From Candidatus Erginobacter occultus (GTDB lineage: Bacteria; Auribacterota; Erginobacteria; Erginobacterales; Erginobacteraceae): DNA of 61,670 nucleotides. Under the pieces are notes generated by a model. That model did no database searches, was not told the origin of the DNA, and saw only the letters and a program-made list of their open reading frames with translations. A program made the position numbers and the translations under genes. Where the stretch lies: NCBI GenBank assembly GCA_030765265.1, contig JAVCCZ010000064.1:1-61670 (forward strand), in the 5' to 3' direction. Within the stretch, counting starts at the first letter, position 1. Each line of letters starts with the position of its first letter. Positions 9,976 through 19,728 of the stretch are shown here, piece after piece.

Positions 9976-10699
9976 ATGGTTCGGGGTGCTCTTCGTCTCC
10001 GGACTGGTCGGCTGCAGCGTCATCTCCCCGGCCCCCCCGCCGCCGATCACCACCTTCGAGGAAGCCGAGACCGAGCTGCTGGCGGATGACGAGGACCGGC
10101 GGCTGGAAGCTGTCAACTTTCTCGGCGACGGCGGCTACCCGCAAGCCATCCCGCTGCTCGCCCAACGGCTGGATGACGACTCCGTTTTGGTCCGGATTGA
10201 GGCGACCCTGGCCCTGAACAACATCAATGATCCCCGGGCGATCGAACCGCTCCGCTTGGCCCTGGCCGATCCCGAGGAACCGGTCCGGTTTTCCGCCGCG
10301 TCCGCTCTCTACGAGCTGGGCGATTATTCCGGGGAGGAAGTCCTGATCGAGGGCTTGTCCAGCCAGTACGAGGATTTCCGCTTCCAGGCCCTCTGGTTTC
10401 TGGGTCGGATCCGGTCCCGGCCGGCGATCCCCGGGATCATTACCCTGCTCCGTGATCCCCAGCCCCGGACCAGATCGACCGCCGCCTATGTCCTCGGCCT
10501 CTACCGGGAGAAGTCGGCCGTGGAAGCGCTGTTGCGGGCGATGAACGACCCCGATCCCTATGTCCGCAAGGACAGCTGGGAAGCGCTGCAGAGCATCTCC
10601 GGCCGGGATTCCCCTTTTCACTATGACGGGGACCCTCTCCTGCGCAGGCAGGAGATCGGGGCCTGGGAGCAATGGTGGGAGGATGAAGATAAACCGTAA
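9947..10699 (+). CDS. HEAT-repeat lipoprotein
   Basis: Lipobox-like FVSGLVGCS. Repeated HEAT/PBS-lyase-type units (DDSVLVRIEATLALNNINDPRAIEPL; DPEEPVRFSAASALYELGD; DPQPRTRSTAAYVLGLYREKSAVEALL; DPDPYVRKDSWEAL). Confidence 0.7.
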   Translation: MPRPRRWNHKWFGVLFVSGLVGCSVISPAPPPPITTFEEAETELLADDEDRRLEAVNFLGDGGYPQAIPLLAQRLDDDSVLVRIEATLALNNINDPRAIEPLRLALADPEEPVRFSAASALYELGDYSGEEVLIEGLSSQYEDFRFQALWFLGRIRSRPAIPGIITLLRDPQPRTRSTAAYVLGLYREKSAVEALLRAMNDPDPYVRKDSWEALQSISGRDSPFHYDGDPLLRRQEIGAWEQWWEDEDKP

Positions 10700-12800
10700 C
10701 CGGATCACTGTCGCCGCCCTGGCGCTGATTCTCTGTTCTCTCTCCGCCTGCGGCGATCGGGCCGACCGGACCTATCGCCGGGGCTTGCGGCTGGCCCGGC
10801 AGCAGAAGTACGACGGAGCGGTGGGGGAGATGCGCCGTCTTTTGCAGATGGAGCCCGACAGTATCCGGGCCCGCAACGCCCTCGGCCAGATCTACCGGTC
10901 CCAGAATCTCTATACCCGGGCGATCGAGGAGTTGTCCCTGGCGGCGGAGCTCAGCCGGGACGACCCGGTCCCGGCTTATAATCTGGCCGGAATTTACTCG
11001 GACCTGGAAGACCTGGACCGGGCCGTCTCTTGTTATCTCCAGGCCCTGGAGATCGATCCCGATTTCGCTCCCGCCCTCTACCGGCTGGGAGCGGTCAGGG
11101 CCCGGGAAGGGGATGGGGCGGAGGCGGAAAAATATTTCCGGGCCTTTCTCCAGGCCGGCCCGGAAGATCCCGGCCCGGGACATAACAACCTCGGGGCGCT
11201 CCTCTGGCGGAGGGGGGAAAGAGCCGCTGCCTGGGAGGAGTTCGATCAAGCCCTGGAGTCCGGTTCCTCCCACCCGGAGATCTTCTACAACTTCGGGGTC
11301 GCCTCCCTGCTCCTCGACCGGCAGACCCGCCGCGGGGTGGATATCCTCCTCGATTATTTCCGGCTTCGGTCCGACGGCAAGGAGAGGATGGAAGTCAAGC
11401 GGCTGTTGGAGAGATCGGGGCTGGTTTCCGCCACGGAATCCGGGCTTTTCTCCCGGGATGACTACTTCCGGCAGGGAGACGCCTACGAAGCCGCCGGACA
11501 GTATCGCCAGGCGGAAACGGAGTACCTCCAGGCGCTGGAACTCGACCCGCCTTCGGCCGACGCCCATTACCGGCTGGGCCGTCTTTACGATAGATTTTTT
11601 CGCGATCGAGCCCGGGCCGTCGACCACTACGAATCGTTTTTGAAACTTCGGCCCCGTTCTTCCTCGGCGGGGGAGGTGATCGCCCGGCTCAATGAACTCC
11701 GCCCTTCCCTGACCGGGGGCGCTCTGCCCCCGACCCGGACGGACGGTACCCCGCCCGTCCGCCCCCGGGACACCCCGGCCCCGGGGGTCGCTTCCCCGCC
11801 CGCCCCGGAAGAATACTTCCGGAAGGCCGGAGGGCTGGCCGCCCGGGGCGAATTTGACCGGGCCGAGGACGCTTACCGGCGGGGCCTGGAGGCCGCCCCG
11901 GATTACGCTCCGGGCCATCTCGGACTGGGGAAGGTCCTGCTGGCCCGGGGCGACTACCCGGGGGCGGCGGAGTCGCTGCAGCGGGCCCGGGAGCTCGACC
12001 CCGCCTCCCCGGTCGGAGAAACGCTCGGCCGGGCCTATGTCCTCCTCGGGTCCGGGGCCCTGGCTTCCGGGCGTTTCCCGGAGGCGATTGACTACTACGA
12101 GAAGGCCCGGGAAGAAGGGATGGTCGCCGAGGCCGACGAGGGACTCTGGAAATCCCATCATAATTACTTCCGCCGGCTCCAGGGAAGCGGTGATTACCGT
12201 CAGGCCGCCGGGCAGCTGGAGAAAGCCCTGGCGATGAAGCCGGAAGTCGAGGAAGATTATATCGAACTGGCCGACCTTTACCGGCAGCGGCTGGATAACC
12301 CGGGCCGGGCCCGGGTCTATTACCGGAAATATCTGGAACTTTTCCCCCGGGGTAAATTCGCCGAACGGGCCCGGGAAAGTCTGCGGCCGACCCCGCCGTC
12401 CGCCACCCCGATTCCCCCGCGGCCGCCGCCGCCCCCCCCGGCGGCAATCTCGGCGGTTGAACATTATAATCGGGGAGCGGTCTATCAGAGAGAGGGGAGG
12501 GGCCGGGAAGCCCGCGAGGAATATCTCCAGGCCGTCCGTCTCCGACCGGATTTCTACCAGGCCTACTATAACCTGGGGCTGGTATACCATCAATCCGGAG
12601 ACCACGACCGGGCGCTGGCCGCTTTCAAGGAAGCCGCCCGCCTGAAGCCGGATTTCCCCCAGGCCCAGCTCTCTCTCTTCAACCTTTACTATTACCACTA
12701 CCGGATGAAAAACCTGGCCCGGCCCTACGCGCTGCGTTATATTGAGCTGGCCCCCCAGACCCGGCAGGCGGAAGAACTCCGCCGCGGCCTGGGGATATAG
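10683..12800 (+). CDS. Large TPR-repeat lipoprotein
   Basis: The ATG at 10683 overlaps the upstream stop region. Signal/lipobox ALALILCSLSACGD. Many TPR units (e.g. ARNALGQIYRSQNLYTRAIEEL, YNLGLVYHQSGDHDRALAAFKEAARLKPDF). Confidence 0.75.
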   Translation: MKINRNRITVAALALILCSLSACGDRADRTYRRGLRLARQQKYDGAVGEMRRLLQMEPDSIRARNALGQIYRSQNLYTRAIEELSLAAELSRDDPVPAYNLAGIYSDLEDLDRAVSCYLQALEIDPDFAPALYRLGAVRAREGDGAEAEKYFRAFLQAGPEDPGPGHNNLGALLWRRGERAAAWEEFDQALESGSSHPEIFYNFGVASLLLDRQTRRGVDILLDYFRLRSDGKERMEVKRLLERSGLVSATESGLFSRDDYFRQGDAYEAAGQYRQAETEYLQALELDPPSADAHYRLGRLYDRFFRDRARAVDHYESFLKLRPRSSSAGEVIARLNELRPSLTGGALPPTRTDGTPPVRPRDTPAPGVASPPAPEEYFRKAGGLAARGEFDRAEDAYRRGLEAAPDYAPGHLGLGKVLLARGDYPGAAESLQRARELDPASPVGETLGRAYVLLGSGALASGRFPEAIDYYEKAREEGMVAEADEGLWKSHHNYFRRLQGSGDYRQAAGQLEKALAMKPEVEEDYIELADLYRQRLDNPGRARVYYRKYLELFPRGKFAERARESLRPTPPSATPIPPRPPPPPPAAISAVEHYNRGAVYQREGRGREAREEYLQAVRLRPDFYQAYYNLGLVYHQSGDHDRALAAFKEAARLKPDFPQAQLSLFNLYYYHYRMKNLARPYALRYIELAPQTRQAEELRRGLGI

Positions 12801-12823
12801 GCAGCGGGAACCGGTACCGGACA

Positions 12824-13489
12824 ATGCGGCTGAAACTGACAATCAAAATCCTGACGGCGGCGATCATCCTGGCCGTCCTCGCTTCCGCCTGCGGCCGGGC
12901 GCCCAACGGGGAGGAGACGCCGGAGGTGGTCTCCGTCCAGATCGGGAAAGCCCGGGTGTTTTCCCGCCAGGGCGACTACCGGCAGGCGGTCGAGATGTAC
13001 CAGAAGGCCCTGGTCCTGGAACCGGATAACGCCGACATTTATCTCCAGCTGGGCGTTATTTACGACGATAACCTCAAGGACAAGCAGCTGGCCGCCGCCT
13101 ACTACCGGGAATTTTTGCGGCGGGATCCTGATTCGGAGATGGAGGACCGGGTCCGCGGGTGGCTGGCCAAGGCCATCTCTCCCGTTCCCGAGGAGCCGGT
13201 TTTAACGCCGGCGGAAGAAATTTCCCCAAAACGGATCGCCCCGGCGGCGGCAGTGCCTTCCCCACCGCCGCCTGCCCGGTCCCGGCCGACCGCCATCCCG
13301 CCGTCCCGGCCGGCCGCGGGTCCGTCTGACGATACTTACACGGTCCGGGGCGGGGATACGTTGGTCAAGATCGCCCGGGAACATTACGGTGATCCCAACG
13401 CCTGGGACCGGATCTACCAGGCCAACCGGGATCAGCTGGCCACCCCCCACGCCCTCAAGGTCGGGCAGTCCCTGGTCATCCCCCGCTGA
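12824..13489 (+). CDS. TPR plus C-terminal LysM domain lipoprotein
   Basis: Lipobox AVLASACG, one or two TPR units, a Pro-rich linker, and a C-terminal LysM (YTVRGGDTLVKIAREHYGDPNAWDRIYQANRDQLATPHALKVGQSLVIP). Confidence 0.75.
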   Translation: MRLKLTIKILTAAIILAVLASACGRAPNGEETPEVVSVQIGKARVFSRQGDYRQAVEMYQKALVLEPDNADIYLQLGVIYDDNLKDKQLAAAYYREFLRRDPDSEMEDRVRGWLAKAISPVPEEPVLTPAEEISPKRIAPAAAVPSPPPPARSRPTAIPPSRPAAGPSDDTYTVRGGDTLVKIAREHYGDPNAWDRIYQANRDQLATPHALKVGQSLVIPR

Positions 13490-13587
13490 CCGGACCGCGG
13501 ATTCAACAACCAGCGAATGAAAATAAAAATAACCGCGGTTTATTTAAGGCCATCCGCGGTTCAGGGAATTTCCGCGACTGAATAAAT

Positions 13588-16500
13588 ATGAGCGTCTTGA
13601 AAAAAATCTTCGGGACCAAGTTCGACCGGGACCGGAAAAGACTCCAGCCCCTGGTCGATACGATCAACGGGCTGGAAGAGGAATATCAGGGTCTCTCCGA
13701 CGAGGGGATCCGGGACAAGACCGGGGAGTTCCGCCGGCGTTACTCCGAGCTGACCGCTCCGACCCGCTCCGACCTGGAGAAGGTCCGGGCGGACCTGGCC
13801 GGGGAGGTCCCCCCGGAAGCGGAGGACGAGTTAAAAGTTGAGGAACGGCGGCTGATCGGCAAGCTGAGGGAAGAGGAGAAGAAGGTTCTCGACGATCTGC
13901 TCCCGGAAGCCTACGCGGCGGTGAAGAACGTCTGCCGGCGGCTGATGGGCCGGACGATCTCTGTCTGCGGACAGGAGATCCTCTGGGAGATGATCCCCTT
14001 TGACGTCCAGTTGATCGGGGCGATCGTCCTCCACCAGGGGAAGATCGCCGAGATGGCGACCGGGGAGGGGAAGACCCTGGTCGCCTCGATGCCCCTTTAC
14101 CTCAACGCGCTTTCCGGAAAGAACGTCCAGTTGGTCACGGTCAACGACTACCTGTCCCGCCGCGACCGGGAATGGATGGGGGCGATCTACGAATTCCTCG
14201 GGGTCTCGGTCGGCTGTATCCAGGGGGGGATGGCTCCCCCGGAAAGGCGGGAGGCCTACCGCTGCGATATTACCTATGGGACCAACAACGAGTTCGGGTT
14301 CGACTACCTGCGGGACAATATGGCCCGGCGGCAGGAAGACCAGGTCCAGAAAAAGTACCTCTATTACAATAAGGAGAAAGACGAGATCCAGCGGGGCCAC
14401 TACTACGCCATCATCGACGAAGTCGACAGCATCCTGATCGACGAGGCCCGGACTCCCTTGATCATCTCCGGACCGGTCTCCGTCTCCACCCACCGGTTCA
14501 AGGAGGTTATGCCCCGGATGAAGGAGCTGGCCCGGAAACAGAGCCTGCTCTGCAACCGGCTCTTCAAGGAGGGCAAGGACCTGCTCGACGGAGGGAACGA
14601 GGAGGAAGCCTACCGGAAATTCTACCAGGTCAAGAAGGGAGCACCCCGGAACAAGCAGCTCTTGAGCCTGATCGAACAGCCGGAAGCCCGCAAGGCCCTC
14701 CAGAAGAACGAGACCGAGCTCGACTCCAAGTCCAAGCAGTCGCCCCGGGCCGATGAGGGGCGGGCCTTACGGGAAGAGCTCTTCTTCACCATCAACGAGC
14801 GGGCCCACGAGATCGACATCACCGAAAAGGGACACCTGACCCTCTCGCCCGACGATCCGGAAGAGTTCGTCCTCCCGGATTTCCTGGTGGTCAAGCAGGA
14901 ACTGGAGGAGGATCTCTCTCTGCCGGCGGAAGAAAAGGCCCGGCGGATCCATTACCTGGAGGAGGAGGTCAATTTAAAGAGCGAGAAGATCCACAACGCT
15001 CTCACTTCACTCCGGGGCCTGGCCCTCTTTGAGAAGGATGTCAACTACGTGATCGACAACAACCAGGTGGTGATCGTCGACGAGTTTACCGGCCGGTTGA
15101 TGCCGGGGCGGCGTTACAGCGACGGGCTCCACCAGGCCCTGGAGGCCAAGGAGAACGTCACCATCGAGCGGGAGACCCAGACCCTGGCCTCGATCACCAT
15201 CCAGAACTATTTCCGGATGTATGAGAAGCTGGCCGGGATGACCGGGACCGCGGCCACCGAGGCGGTGGAGTTCGACAAGATCTACAAGCTTGACGTGGTG
15301 GTCATCCCCACCAACCGGCCGATCGCCCGGAAGAATTACCACGACCGGATATACAAGACCCGCAACGAGAAATTCAAGGCCGCGGTCGAGGAGATCGCCG
15401 ACTGTCACCGCCGGGGACAGCCGGTGCTGGTGGGGACGGTCACCGTCGAGACCTCGGAGGTTTTAAGCCGGTTCTTAAAGCGGAGCAAGATCCCCCACCA
15501 GGTCCTCAACGCCCGCTACCACCAGCGGGAGGCCGAGGTGGTGGCCCGGGCGGGCCAACCGGGCGCGGTTACCATCTCCACCAATATGGCTGGCCGGGGG
15601 ACCGACATCAAGCTCGGGGAGGGGGTGATCGGACTCGGGGGGCTGCACATCCTGGGGACCGAGCGGCACGAGGCCCGGAGGATCGATCTCCAGCTTCGCG
15701 GCCGCTGCGCCCGCCAGGGCGACCCCGGATCGTCGAGGTTCTATCTCTCCCTGGAGGACGACCTGATGCGGCTCTTCGGCTCCGACCGGATCGCCGGGAT
15801 TATGGCCAAGATGGGGCTGGAGGAGGGGGAGGAGATGACCCACCCGCTGCTGACCCGGGCGATCGTCACCGCCCAGAAACGGGTCGAGTCGCATAACTTC
15901 TCGATCCGGGAACAGATCCTCAAGTACGATGACATCATCAACAAGCAGCGCGAGGAGATCTACAGCTTCCGCAACAGCATCATCGACAGTCTCCACCCCC
16001 GCCGGGGGATTATGGCGATCATCGAGGAGGTGATAGAGGAGAAAATCGCCGCCTACTGCGCGGAGGAATCCCCCCCCGAAGAGTGGGACTGGCGGGGGCT
16101 GAGCGGCTGGGTCTCCACCACCTTCCCAATCCGGATCAACGAGGCCAAATGGCGGGAAGAAACCGGCCTCGACCAGGAAGCCCTGGCCGGAAGAATCCTG
16201 GAGATGGTGAGCCGGATCTACGACTTCAAGGAGGAGTACGAGGGGAAGGAGAATATGCGCCGGTTGGAGAAGCTGGTCATCCTCGGGGTGATCGACCGGC
16301 TCTGGCAGGAACACCTCTACTCGATGGACGAACTGAGACAGGGTATCTCCCTGCGGGCCTACGCCCAGGTCGACCCCCTGATCGCCTACAAGCAGGAAAG
16401 CTTCAAGATGTTCTCGGCGATGGAGAACAGTCTGAAGCAGGAAGTGGCGGCGAATATCTTCCGCAGCACCATCCGGCCTCCGGTCGAGAGCACCAGCGGG

Positions 16501-16740
16501 AGCTTTATCCACGAATCGGTCGGGGCTTTTTCCGGCCCCCGGCGGGAACGCCTTCCGGCCCCGGCCGCGGTCGGTACCGGACGTCCGCCGCCTCCCGGCT
16601 TTCCGCCCGGCGGGCCGCCTCCCGCCGAGCCGGCCCTGGTCTCCTCCGGGCCCTACCGGCGGGAAGGGAAGAAGACCGGACCCAACGACCCCTGCCCCTG
16701 CGGATCCGGGAAAAAGTTCAAAAAATGCTGCGGCCGTTAA
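13588..16740 (+). CDS. secA: Preprotein translocase ATPase SecA
   Basis: MATGEGKTLVA Walker A, DEVDSILIDEARTPLIISG, GRGTDIKLG, and a C-terminal zinc SEC-C motif CPCGSGKKFKKCCG. Confidence 0.97.
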   Translation: MSVLKKIFGTKFDRDRKRLQPLVDTINGLEEEYQGLSDEGIRDKTGEFRRRYSELTAPTRSDLEKVRADLAGEVPPEAEDELKVEERRLIGKLREEEKKVLDDLLPEAYAAVKNVCRRLMGRTISVCGQEILWEMIPFDVQLIGAIVLHQGKIAEMATGEGKTLVASMPLYLNALSGKNVQLVTVNDYLSRRDREWMGAIYEFLGVSVGCIQGGMAPPERREAYRCDITYGTNNEFGFDYLRDNMARRQEDQVQKKYLYYNKEKDEIQRGHYYAIIDEVDSILIDEARTPLIISGPVSVSTHRFKEVMPRMKELARKQSLLCNRLFKEGKDLLDGGNEEEAYRKFYQVKKGAPRNKQLLSLIEQPEARKALQKNETELDSKSKQSPRADEGRALREELFFTINERAHEIDITEKGHLTLSPDDPEEFVLPDFLVVKQELEEDLSLPAEEKARRIHYLEEEVNLKSEKIHNALTSLRGLALFEKDVNYVIDNNQVVIVDEFTGRLMPGRRYSDGLHQALEAKENVTIERETQTLASITIQNYFRMYEKLAGMTGTAATEAVEFDKIYKLDVVVIPTNRPIARKNYHDRIYKTRNEKFKAAVEEIADCHRRGQPVLVGTVTVETSEVLSRFLKRSKIPHQVLNARYHQREAEVVARAGQPGAVTISTNMAGRGTDIKLGEGVIGLGGLHILGTERHEARRIDLQLRGRCARQGDPGSSRFYLSLEDDLMRLFGSDRIAGIMAKMGLEEGEEMTHPLLTRAIVTAQKRVESHNFSIREQILKYDDIINKQREEIYSFRNSIIDSLHPRRGIMAIIEEVIEEKIAAYCAEESPPEEWDWRGLSGWVSTTFPIRINEAKWREETGLDQEALAGRILEMVSRIYDFKEEYEGKENMRRLEKLVILGVIDRLWQEHLYSMDELRQGISLRAYAQVDPLIAYKQESFKMFSAMENSLKQEVAANIFRSTIRPPVESTSGSFIHESVGAFSGPRRERLPAPAAVGTGRPPPPGFPPGGPPPAEPALVSSGPYRREGKKTGPNDPCPCGSGKKFKKCCGR

Positions 16741-16851
16741 AAACCGAAAGTCTCCGGCCGGCGCGCGGAGTTGAAGTAATAACTGTAAATTTTTTGCTCC
16801 CAGTTCCCCCCGGTGTTCTTTAAATCCTTTTTCGTCCGATCGGTCCCTGGT

Positions 16852-18396
16852 ATGTCCCGTCATCGTATAGCGCTCGCCCTGTTAAGCGGCATCCTCCTGA
16901 CCCTGCCCTTTCTCTCCTTCTCCCTCGGCCCCCTGGCCTGGATCGCCCTGGTCCCGCTGCTGGCGGCCGTTTCCGGCCGGACCTTCCGGGAGGGATTCCT
17001 CCTCGGCCTGGCGGCCGGCGCGGTCTGGGCTTACGGCAGCCTCTACTGGCTCCACCTGGTGACCTTCCCCGGGTACCTGGTCCTCGGGCTCTACCTGGCC
17101 CTCTACCCGGCCCTCTGGTCGGGCTGGACCGCCGGGATCTCCGCCCGCCGGCCCGGCCGGCTCTGGTGGGCGGCGCCCGCCGGCTGGACCGCGCTCGAGT
17201 ATCTCCGGACCTATCTCTTTACCGGATTTCCCTGGAACCTCCTCGGGACCAGCCAGGTCCGCCACCTCCCCCTGATCCAGATCAGCGACCTGACCGGGGT
17301 TTACGGGGTCGGTTTTCTCCTGGTCCTGATCAACGCGGCGATCGCCTCCGGGGCGGTCTTTCTCTACCGGCGCCGGCGGGCCCCCACCGCCGCCGCTCCC
17401 CGACCGGCGGGGATAATCCCGGCCGTGATTTTGCTCACCGGGGCCCTGCTTTACGGCCGGCAAGCCGAGCGGTCCATCGCCGCCGCGCCGCCGGGCGAAC
17501 CGCTGTCGGTAACCCTGATCCAGGGTTCGATCCGCCAGGAGCTGAAATGGGCCCCCGGCCTGGCCCCGGCCCATTTCCGGACCCATCTCGATCTCAGCCG
17601 CCGGGCCCTGGCTAAGGGGAGCGACCTGGTAATCTGGCCGGAATCGGCCCTCCCTTATTACCTGGAAGAACAGCCGGAGATCCGCCGGTTGCTTCAAGAA
17701 CTGGCCGACCGGGGGGAGGCTTATTTCCTCATCGGGGGAGATTACCGGGACGGGACCGGGAGTTACAACAGCGCCTACCTCCTCGGCCCCGGCGGCGCCG
17801 CTCTGAGTCGCTACGACAAGGCCCACCTGGTTCCCTTCGGGGAATACACCCCCTTGAGAAGCATCTTCCCTTTTCTCGGCCGGGTCGTCCCCTGGGAAGA
17901 GGATTTTTCTCCCGGCCGGGCTTACCCGGCCTTCCCGCTCTCTGAACTCCCCGGCCGCCGTCCCCCGGCCCCCCGGATCGGGGTCTTGATCTGTTACGAG
18001 GATATCTTCCCCTCCGCTTCCCGGAAGTTGGCGCTCCGGGGAGCCGAACTCCTGGTCAATATCACCAACGACGCCTGGTTCGGCCTGACCCCCGCCCCCT
18101 TTCAACATTCCGCCGCCTCGGTCTTCCGGGCGGTCGAGAACCGCATTTATCTGGTCCGGGCCGCCAACACCGGCTATTCCTGCGTCATCGATCCCCGGGG
18201 GAAGATCGTCGGCGAGGTGGCCGACCGGCAGGGGAGGCGGCTCTTCGTCCCCGGCTGGACCACGGTGGAGATCTATCCCCGCTCCCGCTCTTCTTTCTAC
18301 CGCCGGCACGGCGATATCTTCAGCTGGATCTGCGTCATCGGGGCGATTTTCTCCACCCTGGCCGTTCTCCCCGGCCGCCGGCATCGGGTAACCTGA
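16852..18396 (+). CDS. lnt: Apolipoprotein N-acyltransferase
   Basis: N-terminal polytopic membrane domain plus a C-terminal nitrilase/CN-hydrolase domain (DLVIWPESA ... GVLICYEDIFP ... LVNITNDAWFG). ATG at 16852 preferred over GTG at 16813. Confidence 0.88.
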   Translation: MSRHRIALALLSGILLTLPFLSFSLGPLAWIALVPLLAAVSGRTFREGFLLGLAAGAVWAYGSLYWLHLVTFPGYLVLGLYLALYPALWSGWTAGISARRPGRLWWAAPAGWTALEYLRTYLFTGFPWNLLGTSQVRHLPLIQISDLTGVYGVGFLLVLINAAIASGAVFLYRRRRAPTAAAPRPAGIIPAVILLTGALLYGRQAERSIAAAPPGEPLSVTLIQGSIRQELKWAPGLAPAHFRTHLDLSRRALAKGSDLVIWPESALPYYLEEQPEIRRLLQELADRGEAYFLIGGDYRDGTGSYNSAYLLGPGGAALSRYDKAHLVPFGEYTPLRSIFPFLGRVVPWEEDFSPGRAYPAFPLSELPGRRPPAPRIGVLICYEDIFPSASRKLALRGAELLVNITNDAWFGLTPAPFQHSAASVFRAVENRIYLVRAANTGYSCVIDPRGKIVGEVADRQGRRLFVPGWTTVEIYPRSRSSFYRRHGDIFSWICVIGAIFSTLAVLPGRRHRVT

Positions 18397-18435
18397 CCCG
18401 GCCGGATTTCTTTTGTTGTATTTCCCCCCTGCGGA

Positions 18436-18558
18436 TGACAAGATAACTCTTTGTTTTGCCTTCGACGGGATAACAAGATTATTTTTGACGGGATAACAGG
18501 ATAAATCAGGATAAAAGGACCAATATCTCCCCATCCCGTTGACCCTGTTATCCTGTCG
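18436..18558. repeat. Cluster of (T/C)GAC(A/G)GGATAACAGG-type octamer repeats, last copy inverted
   Basis: TGACAAGATAAC (18436), CGACGGGATAACAAGAT (18463), TGACGGGATAACAGGATAAATCAGGATAAAAGG (18486), and inverted CCCTGTTATCCTGTCG (18543). The same word recurs at 23398-23459. Confidence 0.7.
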
Positions 18559-18620
18559 AAAAAAAGGGGGCGAGGCGGGGAGGGGTAACAATAAATATCC
18601 CGTCCAGAGAAAAAAGATAA

Positions 18621-19728
18621 ATGATTATGTCCGAAGAGATAAATGAACGGCTGCAAGAGATCCGGGAAAGGTACTCCCGGATGAGGGGGTATCTTTGACC
18701 TGCCCACCCTGCGGGAAAAACTGACCGGTCTGGAGGCCGAGATGGCCCGTCCCGGGTTCTGGGACCACCGGGAATGGGCTCAGGAGCGGGTCCAGGAGTT
18801 AAAGGAGATCCGGGACCTGGTCGACCCCTGGGCAACCCTGGAAAAGGAGATTGCCGACCTCGAGGAACTCGCCGTCCTCGCCGGGGAGGACGAGGGGATG
18901 GCGGCGGAGATCGAACGGGAGATCGGGAAGCTGGCCGCCCGGCTCGATCGCCTGGAACTGGGGGCGATGCTTTCCCGGCCGGAAGACAAAAACAACGCCT
19001 ATTTCTCCCTCCAGTCCGGGGCCGGCGGCACCGAGTCCTGCGACTGGGCCGAGATGCTCTGGCGGATGTACAGCCACTGGTTCGAGGAGAAGGGGTACTC
19101 CGTCGAGGTCTTCAGCCTGACCTCCGGTGAAGAGGCGGGGCTCAAGAGCCTGCTCGCCCTGGTCAAGGGACCGTGGGTTTTCGGCTACCTGAAATCGGAA
19201 CGGGGGGTCCACCGGTTGGTCAGGATCTCGCCCTTCGATTCCAATCAGCGGCGGCATACCTCGTTCGCCTCGGTGGACGTGGTTCCGGAGCTGGATGAAA
19301 AGGTCGAGATCGAGATCGAGGAGAAGGACCTCCGGATCGATACCTACCGCTCCTCCGGCGCCGGGGGCCAGCACGTCAACGTCACCGACTCCGCCGTCCG
19401 GATCACCCATCTGCCGACCGGGATCGTGGTCCAGTGCCAGAATGAGCGTTCGCAGTACAAGAACCGATCCCAGGCGATGAAGGTTCTCAAATCCCGTCTC
19501 CACCAGCTGGAACAGGAGGAGAAGGAGAAAGAACTGGCGGAGCATTACGACGGTCAGAAAAAAATCGAGTGGGGAAGCCAGATCCGCTCCTATGTCTTCC
19601 AGCCCTACACGATGGTCAAGGACCATCGGACCGGGTTGACGGTGGGGGACATCAAGGGGGTGATGGATGGGGAGATCGATCCTTTCATCCTGGAATACCT
19701 GCGGACATCCGTGGGCAGTGGGCAGTAG
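18621..19728 (+). CDS. prfB: Peptide chain release factor 2, requires programmed +1 frameshift (join 18621..18695, 18697..19728)
   Basis: A short frame-0 ORF (MIMSEEINERLQEIRERYSRMRGYL) ends at in-frame TGA 18696-18698 within AGGGGG-TAT-CTT-TGA-C. The +1 frame continues DLPTLREKL... into a full RF2 with SPF and GGQ (SSGAGGQHVN) motifs. Confidence 0.93.

Noticed and set aside
10440-12842. 800-aa minus-strand ORF antisense to the TPR lipoprotein gene. Similar long antisense or out-of-frame ORFs include 884..1870(-), 2948..4345(-), 8112..9389(-), 15475..16863(-), 16882..18591(-), 23819..25486(-), 26872..28515(-), 40185..42131(-), 45896..47992(-) and 49103..50341(-).
   Set aside because: These are typical high-GC artefacts. 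They have Pro/Gly/Arg/Asp-rich low-complexity translations and no recognisable motifs. Each lies opposite a gene with unambiguous conserved motifs on the + strand.
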